From: a virus
IMG/VR virus record: IMGVR_UViG_3300049718_000055
Coordinates: 24,633 to 88,632 of that record
Reading direction: 5' to 3' (one strand)
DNA: 64,000 nucleotides
Shown: one piece after another, positions 43,647 through 53,759 of the stretch
How positions within the stretch are numbered: the first letter of the stretch is position 1
How the letters are laid out: the number at the start of each line of letters is the position of its first letter
Program-made: the position numbers and the translations under genes
Notes under the pieces: generated by a model
What the model saw: only the letters and a program-made list of their open reading frames with translations
What the model was told of the DNA's origin: nothing
Databases searched by the model: none

Positions 43647-44630
43647 TTAGCGGTGCATTTGCGACCAAAGCGATCCTTCTCCGCCACACTCATTGCCTTC
43701 CTCATACGACCACTGCACCGCTTGCTGCTCCAGACCCTCATCCGCGTTTTCCATCTCCAGCAAGTCCGCCTTATACTGAGCCTCTTTGCCGGCTGCAATC
43801 TGGACCGCACTCGCCACGTCGTAGAAAGTGTTCTGCTTCGGACGGTAGAGAAGAGCATCCGAAATCGCCCCGGTCACGATCACGTCAGACCTGATCCACG
43901 CCTGCGGTGAGTCCGTATCGAGAACCATGTTCGGCGGCTGTGTGTACGCTTCAAACGGGAACGTCTGAGCCGCAATCGGAGCAGGCCATAATTCTACCTG
44001 GAACTGGCCGTCTGGGGTCGGAGGTCGAGTTGCCATCGCAATAGACCATCCCATCGATGATCTCCACTGGTTACGCGCTTCCAATTCTTGAACCTTGACG
44101 CCAATCTCCATCGGCCAGCCAAACAAGGCATTTGAAGCCCAGAGGAGTCTCTTTACATTGCCGCCAAATGTTAAATATACCTCTGCGATGTAGTAGGCGC
44201 CGGTGAACGTAGGGCCTGGGTACGGCGTGTCCAACGTGAGCGTCTGTAACCCTTGGTTGACCGCCGTAATCGTCTGGTAAGGCTGCGTGAACGTCTGCCG
44301 GAACTGGAGCCCGATAAGCAACGGCGTCCATGACGTTCCGATGCCTTGGACCGTGTTGTTGTTGTACGTAACTGTGCAGGTGCCGCCGGTTTGGATGTTC
44401 GGGACTGATGCTACGCCGCGGACTTTGGTCGCGTACCAGGATCTCCGGTCGATGATCTGCCGCATCCGGTTATTTATCATGCGGCCGGCTACTTCGGAGT
44501 CTACGTTCGGATTCCAGTTCTGGACTTCACGAAGCATGGAGCCAAAGTTCAGCTGAACAGAGTACGCCTGATTGGATGGTGAAGAACCAACCTGATTAGG
44601 AAATGCGGGATTGGTGAACACCACAGGCAT
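43647..44630 (-). CDS. Head-tail adaptor protein
   Basis: INNRMRQI..RRSW..VELWPAP; follows the capsid module. Confidence 0.65.
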   Translation of the reverse strand: MPVVFTNPAFPNQVGSSPSNQAYSVQLNFGSMLREVQNWNPNVDSEVAGRMINNRMRQIIDRRSWYATKVRGVASVPNIQTGGTCTVTYNNNTVQGIGTSWTPLLIGLQFRQTFTQPYQTITAVNQGLQTLTLDTPYPGPTFTGAYYIAEVYLTFGGNVKRLLWASNALFGWPMEIGVKVQELEARNQWRSSMGWSIAMATRPPTPDGQFQVELWPAPIAAQTFPFEAYTQPPNMVLDTDSPQAWIRSDVIVTGAISDALLYRPKQNTFYDVASAVQIAAGKEAQYKADLLEMENADEGLEQQAVQWSYEEGNECGGEGSLWSQMHR

Positions 44631-44691
44631 CGTTTATTCCAATCTTTGGAATAGCCGCTTCGCTTATTCCAACTTCATGCGGGTTTCTGGA

Positions 44692-45371
44692 TTAACGGTC
44701 GATGGAGCGAGTCTTCTTCCCGCGTTTCTTCGAGGCCATCCGAGCGGCCTTCTTCAAGAACCCCTTGGAATGGTGCTCGGACTCCATCTGCGGTGTTTCT
44801 CTCTTCTCGCTGTGTGCCATGATTACCTCCCTGACGCTTTCTCTTTTCTTGTTGGTGCGGTCTTGCGCTTTGCGGGTCTCGTCTTAGCCGCTGGTTTTAC
44901 TGCCGCCTTACGAAAGCTCTCGTTGGCCTTCCTCACCATGCTGTCGTGCCAAGAAGTATCGCGTTTTTCGTTCGGCTTAGAATTTCCTAAAAACCGCTGA
45001 GCCTTATCGCGCACGTTGACGGCGAGATCGACAATCGGCTGCGCTGCTCCGTAAGCCTGCGCCACAACTACCTCCCGCTGGAAAGAGCCCGCTTCACCTT
45101 CCGAGTCTCCTTCTTTGGACGCTCTTCTTTCGGCGGCATCAATGCGGCCTTTACCTTCCCCTTGGGAGCCGCCCCGCGCTCTGACCCGCGCATCTTCTCG
45201 CTGAAAGCTGCTTTGACTTCTCTCGATGCCATGTTAGACCCTCTCCTTCTTCCGGTCCTTGGCCTTGCGCGTTTCCTTCTTGCGCTTTGGCTTTCTTACC
45301 TTGCCGCCGCTCTTGTACGACCCCGCGGCCACACCCATGCTGTATGCGTCTGCGCTGCCTGTGTCTGCCAT
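44692..45371 (-). CDS. Four tandem small basic proteins (44692-44820, 44823-45065, 45068-45232, 45234-45371)
   Basis: Manual translation; each has a G(G)AGG RBS, 1-2 nt spacing and Lys/Arg-rich tail; the first transcribed has YKSGGKVRK. Confidence 0.65.
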
Positions 45372-45438
45372 TTCTACCTCTCAAAACAAAGGGACGAGGC
45401 CGTTAGACCCCGCCCCCGGTTATGCCCCGCGAAGAGCG

Positions 45439-46641
45439 TTAAAGCCCAATGCAGAGAAGTTGGAACGCGTACGCTGATAGATCCGTTCCGGCCGAGACTT
45501 CCAATTGAGGACTTGGTGGAGTACCTGTTACCAGCAATGCGACTGATCCGGTATCCGCTGCTGTGCTTACAATGACCGTCCATCCGTTCATTTTGACGAG
45601 TGCCGAAGTTAGCCCTGTCGCAATGATCGTACCAATAGTTCCGTTGAGAAGGGTTGTAGTTGCTACCCCCCCTAAGACAGCGATCTGCCCCGCCTGATAA
45701 TTCTGTGTCGCTGTCAAGGTCAACAGTCCAGAAGCGGCAGCACCAGACGCTACGGCAAGAACATTGCTTATTGCCGCTGTTGGCCCACTGATATACGGGT
45801 ATGACTGGATTGGAACTCCACCATTCGTAACCAGAAGCGAAGCAACCGCCGTCTCCGCTGAAGTCTGCGCGATGATAGTTCCCTGCCAGTTTGCAGTCCA
45901 TCCGGTAGCGGTCGCCGACGCCACTTGGACAATTGCTCCGAGAGCGTAGACGCTTGCCGCCTTGAACGGTCCATTCAGGTAAACGAACTGTCCTACCTGA
46001 AGGGAATTGGCTTGAGTGATGGTCAAGAGATTAGCCGTCGCCAAGACGCCGGTAATCTGAGCCGCAAGAGCTTGTGCTTGTAGCGGGTTTCCTGCTCCTG
46101 CCTGGACAACCTGATACTTGAGAGTGTCGGCGGCAGATGCGTAAGCAAGTGCCACTCCCTGTCCGAAATTGACGGTATAGGAAGTTCCAGCGACAACGCC
46201 CGTCACAAGACCTATGACTCCGTTGAGGAAAATTCCCTTCCCAGATGCCCCGTTAGAAAATGACACAAACGAGTTCAAGGGGGGAGGGGTTGAGGTAAGG
46301 ATCGTGACCAATCCAGCCGCAGTATAGGTTGAGTTCGTAGCAGCCGCAGACAACGTTCCAAGTCCCAAAGGAATACCTGCCGATGGAGCATTGGCAATTA
46401 TCTGTACCTTGCTCGTCGCAGGATTCCAGACCGGGCTCAACCCGCCCTGTCCGCCGGCTGGCTCGACAAACAGAACCTTGCTCAACCCAACATCGCCAGT
46501 GGTTTCCGTAGATCCAGAGATTCCTTGGATGAGATACCCACCCGCAGCGTAGTCTGAGGCGGCGGGCTGAAGGGTGATTAGCTCACCCCTCAGATTCCCA
46601 AGGGAAATATCGCCGTCTGATACTTTCGTGATCGTTGCCAT
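45439..46641 (-). CDS. Capsid decoration/structural protein
   Basis: DYAAGGY..EVSAGTDLS flanking beta-rich repeats. Confidence 0.65.
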   Translation of the reverse strand: MATITKVSDGDISLGNLRGELITLQPAASDYAAGGYLIQGISGSTETTGDVGLSKVLFVEPAGGQGGLSPVWNPATSKVQIIANAPSAGIPLGLGTLSAAATNSTYTAAGLVTILTSTPPPLNSFVSFSNGASGKGIFLNGVIGLVTGVVAGTSYTVNFGQGVALAYASAADTLKYQVVQAGAGNPLQAQALAAQITGVLATANLLTITQANSLQVGQFVYLNGPFKAASVYALGAIVQVASATATGWTANWQGTIIAQTSAETAVASLLVTNGGVPIQSYPYISGPTAAISNVLAVASGAAASGLLTLTATQNYQAGQIAVLGGVATTTLLNGTIGTIIATGLTSALVKMNGWTVIVSTAADTGSVALLVTGTPPSPQLEVSAGTDLSAYAFQLLCIGL

Positions 46642-46653
46642 TTACGGCCTCCC

Positions 46654-47301
46654 TTAGATGTTGTCGGTCATCACGAGAACATCGCACAGATTGCCAGATA
46701 CCGCAGTCAACTCAACCCCAAATACCCTCGGATATAAAGGAGCCGTACCAGCAGCCTGTGAAGCAGTCGTGGATGTAAGCGTTCCAGCGGCCCCGATAAT
46801 AGTAGATCCAATACCGGAGTTCGTTGTCGTCGAAAGATATGCGCCTTTCAGATACCCGCCGACCTGGATGAGAATCTGGGCACCCAACAGAACTGCCCCC
46901 GTCAGAGCCGTTCCCGCGTTCCCGTACCCGGTTACTGTGTTGAGCAGCATATACCCGGCAGGGAAAGAGATTGGGGAAGTCGCAAACGCCTCTGAGGTGA
47001 TTCCCGTTACGGTCGTGAACGTGTTATCTGTCCAGTACACCGGAGCCGGAGCGCCAGCGGTCGTCAAGTTGGCCGTGGAAAGAGCCGAAGTCGCAAGATA
47101 CTTGACGAGCATGTAGATTGCCGGTTGACCGCTTGGGTTGACCGCAGTTGCGCCAATCGAAGCGATGTACCGTTGACCGAGCACTTGGTTCTCGCCCAAC
47201 CCCGCCCACGGCGCAAAGCCGAGCGTGGGGTTGTACAGATAGGTCGAGGCTGCGCCTGTGTCGATCTGAAGAAGCTGATTGCTTGCGTTAAAGATTGCCA
47301 T
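46654..47301 (-). CDS. Capsid cement/decoration protein
   Basis: Follows MCP; YMLVKY..IQVGG. Confidence 0.65.
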   Translation of the reverse strand: MAIFNASNQLLQIDTGAASTYLYNPTLGFAPWAGLGENQVLGQRYIASIGATAVNPSGQPAIYMLVKYLATSALSTANLTTAGAPAPVYWTDNTFTTVTGITSEAFATSPISFPAGYMLLNTVTGYGNAGTALTGAVLLGAQILIQVGGYLKGAYLSTTTNSGIGSTIIGAAGTLTSTTASQAAGTAPLYPRVFGVELTAVSGNLCDVLVMTDNI

Positions 47302-47313
47302 GGTAGTCTCCTC

Positions 47314-48294
47314 TCACAGACCGCTAAAGTTCAGGTTTCCCATTAGGCGGGGCGCATCGAAAACCAAATCCCCGTCATAGAAATACTGGCCGGCCACGTC
47401 ATCAGTGTTCTGGGCCTCTTTCCAGCCCGAGAACCCGAAAGCGTATTTCGGAATCGTCGAGACGTAGAAGAAGATGTAGTTGGTGTTGAACAAATACATC
47501 TGATAGGCGCCACCGAGAGTGCTGAGGTACTGGTCAACAACCACCTGAGCACCGCTCCAGAAGAACGAGCGGAATCCAATGTGAACGTCGGAAGTCTCGT
47601 CATTGAACCGTTGCTGCGGCTGGAGCTTGTTCCAGAATGCGTCCCACACCGGCTGAGTGGTTACGAGCATATCCGGCTTTTCCTGGCCAAACCATGTCGC
47701 ACCAAATGCCGTCTGCACAGCGCCCAGCGAGAATGCCGATGGTGCCGCATAGTAGGCGTTGATGCCAGTGTTGGCCGCGGATGCGATGTCGGTTCTGGTG
47801 ATGCCGCCATACGTCGGGTAGTTGGCCGGGATGTTGACCGCCGCTGCCGCCCCGTCAAGGTCGGTCGTGGAGTTCAATGAAGTCGAACCGTTCACGCCGC
47901 CATCGCCGTACAGGTTGACCGCAAGCAACTGTGCCATCGTTCCGGAGGCGTTAATCATCTTCGAGCCGATAAAGCTCAAAGCTCCTTCCGGGCCGCGGTT
48001 CAAAACCTGATCCGAACCGTAGAGGGTGACGTTGACGTAATACTGCTTGATGTTGAAATACAGGGCCGTGTCCGTCTGCACTGCCGAGGTATCGAACGCT
48101 TGGCCGCGCTGGTACGAACCGCCCTTCAAAGGCGCATACATGATGTTGTGGCGAATCGTCAGACCGCCCTCAAATTGGAAGCGCCGCTTGTTCTTGAGTC
48201 TCGTAAGGACAGGCGAGTTCTTGAACACGTTGTCCACTATGCGCGGGACGATCTTATCGACTGTTTTGCTGGTCAAGTCATTATATGTGAGCAA
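47314..48294 (-). CDS. Major capsid protein
   Basis: IVDNVFKNSPVL..GG..I..IMY; position after scaffold; start revised to TTG 48294 (AAGGGG RBS). Confidence 0.85.
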   Translation of the reverse strand: MLTYNDLTSKTVDKIVPRIVDNVFKNSPVLTRLKNKRRFQFEGGLTIRHNIMYAPLKGGSYQRGQAFDTSAVQTDTALYFNIKQYYVNVTLYGSDQVLNRGPEGALSFIGSKMINASGTMAQLLAVNLYGDGGVNGSTSLNSTTDLDGAAAAVNIPANYPTYGGITRTDIASAANTGINAYYAAPSAFSLGAVQTAFGATWFGQEKPDMLVTTQPVWDAFWNKLQPQQRFNDETSDVHIGFRSFFWSGAQVVVDQYLSTLGGAYQMYLFNTNYIFFYVSTIPKYAFGFSGWKEAQNTDDVAGQYFYDGDLVFDAPRLMGNLNFSGL

Positions 48295-48299
48295 CTTGA

Positions 48300-48472
48300 G
48301 CCCCTTTTCTGCCCAATCGGGCTTGGAATGCTGACAACTCGGCTTGCGCCGTTTCATCGGTCTGTAGGGGCCGCTTTACGCTTCCTACTGACTCATCCCT
48401 GCCAATCCCGAGTGGGGGCTGCACGAGGCTTCCCGCTTACAGATCGCAGTCGCGGTTTTGAAAGAACCGCTA
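48300..48472 (-). ncRNA. Structured intercistronic RNA upstream of MCP
   Basis: Multiple hairpins and a duplicated GGAAGC-N5-GCRGCCCC motif. Confidence 0.5.
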
Positions 48473-48476
48473 AACT

Positions 48477-49406
48477 CTACTTCCCTGCTTCTACCAATTC
48501 CCTTGCGCCTTCGATCACGCCGGCCAACACGCTGTCGCGTACATCAACCGGAGCTTTATCGGCACTTTCAGCCATTGCCTTCTGCAAAAGACCAATCGGA
48601 TTCTCAACCGGAGTCTGAGGGATAAACCGCTCGTTCCCGCCACCCGGCATTCCGTTGGACCCGTACTTCTCCTTGGCAATCGCCTGGGCGCGTTCCTCGA
48701 TCCGTTTCTCCTCTTCCTTCTTGGAGCGGATCGGCGCCATAAACTTGTCTTCAACCTTGAGAGCGTCAAAGTTCTGCTCAGTGCTCATCAAGGCAAAGAG
48801 TTCTTTCTGCTTCTCCGGGTTCCATTTCTCGCCGCTTTCCTGCTCGTAGCGGCTTGCCAGAACTGCAACCCCGGCGGAGAATCCAGCCACAAACGGGATG
48901 GTCTCCGAGTTAAACTTCGCTTCGCGCTCCGTGAATCCCGCTTCGACGAGCTTCTTGCTCTCGGCTGCGTAGAGTGCGGTTGCTTCCTCTCGCGTCAAAC
49001 CGCCGGCATTCTTGGCGATTTCCTTCACCTTCGCTGTAACAAGGTCATCCAATTGCTTCGGGTCCATCTCTCCTCCAAGTTTCGCTGCTTCAAGTTGTTG
49101 TTCGAGTTCCGTGTACTTGTCAGTGAAATGCTCCTCACCGGATTCCAGATCAAACCAGCCCTTCTCGGCCGCACTCTCAAGAGTGCTGTAGACCTTTCCG
49201 GCCCACGGTTCCATCTTTGTCTTGTACGCTACGGCTTCCTCGTACTCAGTCTGCTTCGACTTCAACTCGTTTTGCGCTCGACTGTAGTCGTCTCGGCGGA
49301 GCCACCCTGCTTTCAGTTCGGGCTCTTTTGCGTGAAGGTTGTCAATGAGCTTCTTCTCATCCGCACTAAGCGAATAGTAAATTTCGTCCCATGTCTTAAC
49401 TGCCAT
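48477..49406 (-). CDS. Capsid scaffolding protein
   Basis: Acidic coiled coil with LRRDDYSR motif, upstream of MCP. Confidence 0.8.
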   Translation of the reverse strand: MAVKTWDEIYYSLSADEKKLIDNLHAKEPELKAGWLRRDDYSRAQNELKSKQTEYEEAVAYKTKMEPWAGKVYSTLESAAEKGWFDLESGEEHFTDKYTELEQQLEAAKLGGEMDPKQLDDLVTAKVKEIAKNAGGLTREEATALYAAESKKLVEAGFTEREAKFNSETIPFVAGFSAGVAVLASRYEQESGEKWNPEKQKELFALMSTEQNFDALKVEDKFMAPIRSKKEEEKRIEERAQAIAKEKYGSNGMPGGGNERFIPQTPVENPIGLLQKAMAESADKAPVDVRDSVLAGVIEGARELVEAGK

Positions 49407-49474
49407 CTCCGTTTATCCTTCCTCACTTCCTCTTTCGAGGGGCCGTCGAGGGGTCGGGTTTCGGGTGTTAACGA

Positions 49475-49837
49475 TTATCCGGGCATCTGCCCCGGCATTG
49501 AAGGTAACTGTGGTTGTGTTGGGGGAGGGGCGCCTGCTCCAGCCGCCGGAGGTTGTCCTACTCCTGGCTGAGATTGCGGACCCTTCTGCTGCGCCATAGC
49601 CGCCCCGGTCTTCAGGATGGCCATAGCTCTTGTCACGTAGGTGCGGAACGTGTCGTCCGGTACGCCCATCAAAATCTTTTCGGCCGTGGTAACCGCTAGA
49701 TCAATCTGGTTTTTGCCCACCTGTTCCTGAGCATTCCCGACTGCCTGCCCAAAACCCGGAGGAGCGCCGGCCCCTCCCGGAGGCCCCATCTGGGCCTGAG
49801 CTTGCGGTGACATCGGCGGTCTGTCGATTGGAGGCAT
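49475..49837 (-). CDS. Pro/Gln/Gly-rich head-module protein
   Basis: Composition and position. Confidence 0.6.
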   Translation of the reverse strand: MPPIDRPPMSPQAQAQMGPPGGAGAPPGFGQAVGNAQEQVGKNQIDLAVTTAEKILMGVPDDTFRTYVTRAMAILKTGAAMAQQKGPQSQPGVGQPPAAGAGAPPPTQPQLPSMPGQMPG

Positions 49838-50043
49838 TAGGCGAATTCCGAGTTTCCGACCTGCGTCTTGCCGGTCTTCACGTTGACGCTCGTGCCGCGG
49901 GGTTCAACGGTGGTCATGTCACCTTCGTCGATGAAGGTTCCAACCTGCGCAAATTCCCCTTTGCGTAACTTCGGCGCCGAGGTCGCATCATAGTGACCGC
50001 CTACTGCAATGGGTGCGGCCATTCCCTTTCCGTCTTTTGCCAT
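49837..50043 (-). CDS. Small head-module protein
   Basis: TAATG coupling. Confidence 0.55.
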   Translation of the reverse strand: MAKDGKGMAAPIAVGGHYDATSAPKLRKGEFAQVGTFIDEGDMTTVEPRGTSVNVKTGKTQVGNSEFA

Positions 50044-50293
50044 TTCAAAGCCTCAGTTCGGAAGTGTTGGGGGCGGTCCGAAAACCGCCCCGTTTGATTC
50101 ATGCCGGTTTTACCCGGCGACTAGGTTAGCGGGATTTCTTGGACCGGCCACCCTTGCGATGCTTGCCACGCTTGGTCTCAAACATTGTGTAGTCCTTTCC
50201 GGGTTATTCGCCCTGGGTTTTTTTTCGCCGATGTTCTGGTTGCGGCCTCTCACCGCTGTACTGCTTGGCGACCCCATAAGGGCCTAATGCGCA

Positions 50294-50409
50294 AATAAAA
50301 AGCCGCTAAGGACGAATCCCTAGCGGCTGCCGAGGTCCAGTCCGCTTTCGCGGTGTCCCCTGCTTTGCCCACTGTTGAAGTGATACATCTTTTCGCTTTC
50401 AGTTTGCAA
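50294..50409 (-). promoter_or_regulatory. Promoter, structured leader and terminator upstream of the capsid operon
   Basis: TTGCAA-18-TATCAC; CCGC-GAAA-GCGG; AGCCGCTAGGGA-TTCG-TCCTTAGCGGCT-TTTTATTT. Confidence 0.65.
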
Positions 50410-50439
50410 GCAAATTATTTCTTTTTGTGAAAATTATTT

Positions 50440-50604
50440 CTACTTCACCTTGTCGCGGGTCTCCAACTGGACAGAAACAACTCCCCCGTCCTTGTTGAAA
50501 TCGACAGTCAAGCGAGAGAATTTCCCGGCCTCATGCGCCCTTTTGAGTGTGTCGAGAATCAACGGAATGTCCTCATTCTCGAACTTACTTCTGCTTTCCG
50601 CCAT
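50440..50604 (-). CDS. Small hypothetical protein (54 aa)
   Basis: Manual translation: MAESRSKF..GKFSRLTVDFNKDGGVVSV; GGAG RBS. Confidence 0.55.
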   Translation of the reverse strand: MAESRSKFENEDIPLILDTLKRAHEAGKFSRLTVDFNKDGGVVSVQLETRDKVK

Positions 50605-52432
50605 GATGCTCTCCTGGTTTTGCTCCGCTTACCGCCATCTGTTTTGCCTCTTCCATCAACTCGGCATCGTTTTCTTGGTAGTCGATGTTCCAGTCTGGAA
50701 TGGCGATCTTGAAGAACTGTTTGCGGCTCAGGTCGTGGTTCTTTCTCAGGCCGGCCGCGATCTGTATCCGGTCGGTCCTCTGGAATCCAAATAGCGATCC
50801 CTCCTCACATTCAAACCCAAACTTGCGGACATGAGCCTCAGAATTTACTCCTTCCGGTATCAGGCTCCCCGGACGGTCATCGATGTCCTCTTTGGTTAAA
50901 CCATCCATTCCAAGGCACTCCACGCGCCTTGAGGCGTCATAGAACTGGAGTGCCGTTGCGGTCCACAACTCCCCAACCTCGTTTACTCCAGTTTCCACGT
51001 TGCCTGCCTTGAAGCGGATTGGCGTAGTCTTCGAGAACTGAATCTTTTCGATCGTGTCGCCACCTGGAATCTGCTTCTTTCCAAGAGCCTGATTTACAGC
51101 GTCAGTTCCCGAGTTCTCTTTTATCGACCGCCGCAGTAGCTCAAGCACGGGGAGTGGGTAGTTTCCAATGTTTGGAGGCTGCTGCCATGTTGGACTTGTA
51201 ACCGCATTCGAGTTGAAGGAGATTTTCAGATTCGGCTTGCCAGCGTCGATCTGCTTCAAAGCGTCTGGGTGAATAGCTGACTTCGGCGCCATCAAAGCCG
51301 GAGCCAAAGCCCTCTTCGTTGCCAGCAAGAGCCCAGACATGATCTGGTTCATGATGTCGTTCGTGTCCATCCACGGCTTCATTACGCTCAAAGCATACTG
51401 CTGCCACGGAACCGAGTGGAGGCCCATCAAGACAAACGGACGCTTGCGGTGGTAGTAGGGGTTCGGCTCATCGTAGAGCGTGATCTTATTCGAGCGGATT
51501 ACCAGCCGGCCTCGCGGGTAGAGTTTCTCTTCAGGCTTGACCCAGTAGCCCCACGGAGCCTTCTCCGGACCCATCCAGATCGTGTTGCGCGAATCATTGA
51601 CGCTATCATCCTGCATCCAAAATTCAGCGACTTCCGCCTCTGGATACTTGCTCCTCACGCTCGACTGCTCGGAGCCGCCCATGATCTTCTTCCATCCGCT
51701 ATTCAACTGCTCGAAGAGTTGAGGCATTACCGTTGGAGGAACCTGCGGCTCAACACCGTACTGGCTTATCCCCTCGTCTGGACGGACCGCCCTTCCCATG
51801 TTCGGGTAGGCCCGCTTGATCCAGTCCAACGTCTCCCGGTGCCGGTAGATCACCATCTCATCTTCTTCGAGGGTGTGAGGTCTGGTTGGCCCAAGCCGCA
51901 TCAGTGCCTTCGGGCTCAGGTGCTTCATGGAGATGTCAGCGTCGGCAGGATCACCGCTTGTACCTCTAGCAAACCGATTCCAGTAGAGAAGGACCGGAGA
52001 AGTCGTGAACATCCCAAACATCGTCCAAAAAGCAAGTGTCTGATTGAACTTGTCCCGCCGCGCCCAGCCCTTGACCATCGCATTCAAAATCTTTGAGGTC
52101 TTCGAGAAGTTCCCCGGCATCCCCACTTCCGAGATGTGGAAGATGGGCCGCGTGTCCGTCAAGAGCCCTATCGTCTCCCAAAAGTTCGACAGGACTTCAT
52201 TCGACACCGGCTTCGGCCGGTAGCTCGGCAGTTTCTCCCTCCACTGGATTCCAGCCAAGTAGTCGATGGCCTCATCCATTGCCTTCAGTTCGGGAGTGGT
52301 CTTTTGTTTGGAGATTCCTTCAGAATAGCAACCATCCAAAAAATCTCCCATCTTCGTGTAATAGTCCACGAGGTATCGGTCAACTACTTCCGGCGTCTTC
52401 GGGATGGGAGCTTGGAAATCGCTGTCTGCCAT
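50585..52432 (-). CDS. Portal protein
   Basis: 615 aa after terminase; YLAGIQW, PYYHRKRPFV, ENSG motifs of P22-like portals. Confidence 0.9.
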   Translation of the reverse strand: MADSDFQAPIPKTPEVVDRYLVDYYTKMGDFLDGCYSEGISKQKTTPELKAMDEAIDYLAGIQWREKLPSYRPKPVSNEVLSNFWETIGLLTDTRPIFHISEVGMPGNFSKTSKILNAMVKGWARRDKFNQTLAFWTMFGMFTTSPVLLYWNRFARGTSGDPADADISMKHLSPKALMRLGPTRPHTLEEDEMVIYRHRETLDWIKRAYPNMGRAVRPDEGISQYGVEPQVPPTVMPQLFEQLNSGWKKIMGGSEQSSVRSKYPEAEVAEFWMQDDSVNDSRNTIWMGPEKAPWGYWVKPEEKLYPRGRLVIRSNKITLYDEPNPYYHRKRPFVLMGLHSVPWQQYALSVMKPWMDTNDIMNQIMSGLLLATKRALAPALMAPKSAIHPDALKQIDAGKPNLKISFNSNAVTSPTWQQPPNIGNYPLPVLELLRRSIKENSGTDAVNQALGKKQIPGGDTIEKIQFSKTTPIRFKAGNVETGVNEVGELWTATALQFYDASRRVECLGMDGLTKEDIDDRPGSLIPEGVNSEAHVRKFGFECEEGSLFGFQRTDRIQIAAGLRKNHDLSRKQFFKIAIPDWNIDYQENDAELMEEAKQMAVSGAKPGEHHGGKQK

Positions 52433-52477
52433 GTCGTTCTAATCGTACCTCTCAACCGCCGCTCTTTGCTACGGAAA

Positions 52478-53086
52478 TCATTCAGAAGCGACCAGCATCC
52501 TTTCAGCCCGGACAGTCAAGGCGATCATCATCGCCATTACCCGATCATTGGGATACGATTCGTTTTCATCGTAAGCAAGAACCTCGTCCAGCAATTTCTT
52601 GCTGTGAATCAACCCCCGACTTGAGCCAAAGAACTCGCGGAATGCGGATTCCATCCTCGTCTTCGATCTGAAGTCCGTCCACCATCCTACGATTTCCGTC
52701 GTCTGATGGTTTAAGCGGTCAAGGCGTTTTTGTCGGTAGATGTTTTCGTACTTAAATCTTTTGGTCAGGATGCTGATCGTAATCAACCCTACGCTGTTGA
52801 CCTCGACCGACACTTCCGCATTATTGTACCGCTTCGCCAAATCGAAGATGATCGGGGCAAGGTTCTCCGGCGTTACTACGGCTGCGAATTCAGCACATTG
52901 CTCTCCCGTCTCTGCATCGATCACTTCAATAGCAGCGTTGTCTCCCCCGTCAATACCTGAGCACGGGTCCGCCGCAAGGATGTAAGACTTCCCCTCTTCA
53001 GGGAACTTCCACACTTTTACCGGAGACGTAGCAAACTTTTTCTGCTTCTCAACTTCATCTGGAATTCCTACTGAAATCACTGACAT
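52478..53086 (-). CDS. Stand-alone paralog of the terminase RNase H-like nuclease domain
   Basis: YILAADPCSG..GD..YNNA..VEVN..GWWT..DRVMAMMIA, collinear with TerL C-terminus. Confidence 0.85.
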   Translation of the reverse strand: MSVISVGIPDEVEKQKKFATSPVKVWKFPEEGKSYILAADPCSGIDGGDNAAIEVIDAETGEQCAEFAAVVTPENLAPIIFDLAKRYNNAEVSVEVNSVGLITISILTKRFKYENIYRQKRLDRLNHQTTEIVGWWTDFRSKTRMESAFREFFGSSRGLIHSKKLLDEVLAYDENESYPNDRVMAMMIALTVRAERMLVASE

Positions 53087-53115
53087 TGTTTTCTCCTTTT
53101 CGGTTAATGCTCCGG

Positions 53116-53727
53116 TTAAAACCAGCTATTTTCAATCGCAGTTTTGAGATTCCGCTCGATCCACACCTTCACCGGCTCGTTCTGGTCACGGGCCTTCTCG
53201 ACCACGGCGCCGTACTGAGCACCCAGATCGATCAGCACGGAATTCGGGTTGCGGCCCTCATACGCCTGAACGTCTTTCCGGGCGTTCTCCGCTATCAGGT
53301 TGGCCGTCTCCAAGTCCATCGAAAGCGAGTACAGCAGTCCAAACAACTCCGCCGAACTCTCCGGCCGCTTCCCAAACCGCTCCTTCATCCGCATGAGATC
53401 CGACTCAGGGACAATCATAACCTCTCCCTCGGACAGCATCCCCAACACCTCGGCTATCGTAGAAGACGACGCGCTCCCGAACTTCGCCTCAAGCCCCTGC
53501 TTCACCCGCGGAGGAACGGTCACTTCCACCTTGACGTGATTCTGCTGGACGACTACCGGAGGCTTCGCCTCTTCGTACTTCACCTGCGGGTTGAGGCTCT
53601 GGAAGGTTGCAATGTCGTTCCACGAGTGGTTGCTATTCGCAGAGCATACCAGTTGACGGTTTGCAGCTTGCATCTGTGCCCCGCACCCAGGAATAGGGCA
53701 GGCGTACCTCAGTTTTACGATTGGCAT
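53116..53727 (-). CDS. Zn-ribbon hypothetical protein
   Basis: CPIPGC..C..H N-terminus. Confidence 0.6.
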   Translation of the reverse strand: MPIVKLRYACPIPGCGAQMQAANRQLVCSANSNHSWNDIATFQSLNPQVKYEEAKPPVVVQQNHVKVEVTVPPRVKQGLEAKFGSASSSTIAEVLGMLSEGEVMIVPESDLMRMKERFGKRPESSAELFGLLYSLSMDLETANLIAENARKDVQAYEGRNPNSVLIDLGAQYGAVVEKARDQNEPVKVWIERNLKTAIENSWF

Positions 53728-53759
53728 CTTCTACTCCTCCATCTTTCCAAAATTTGGAA

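Noticed and set aside
50330-50375. c-di-GMP-I riboswitch call
   Set aside because: Second hairpin with the GCAAAG/CUAA receptor is missing; kept only as an unassigned leader
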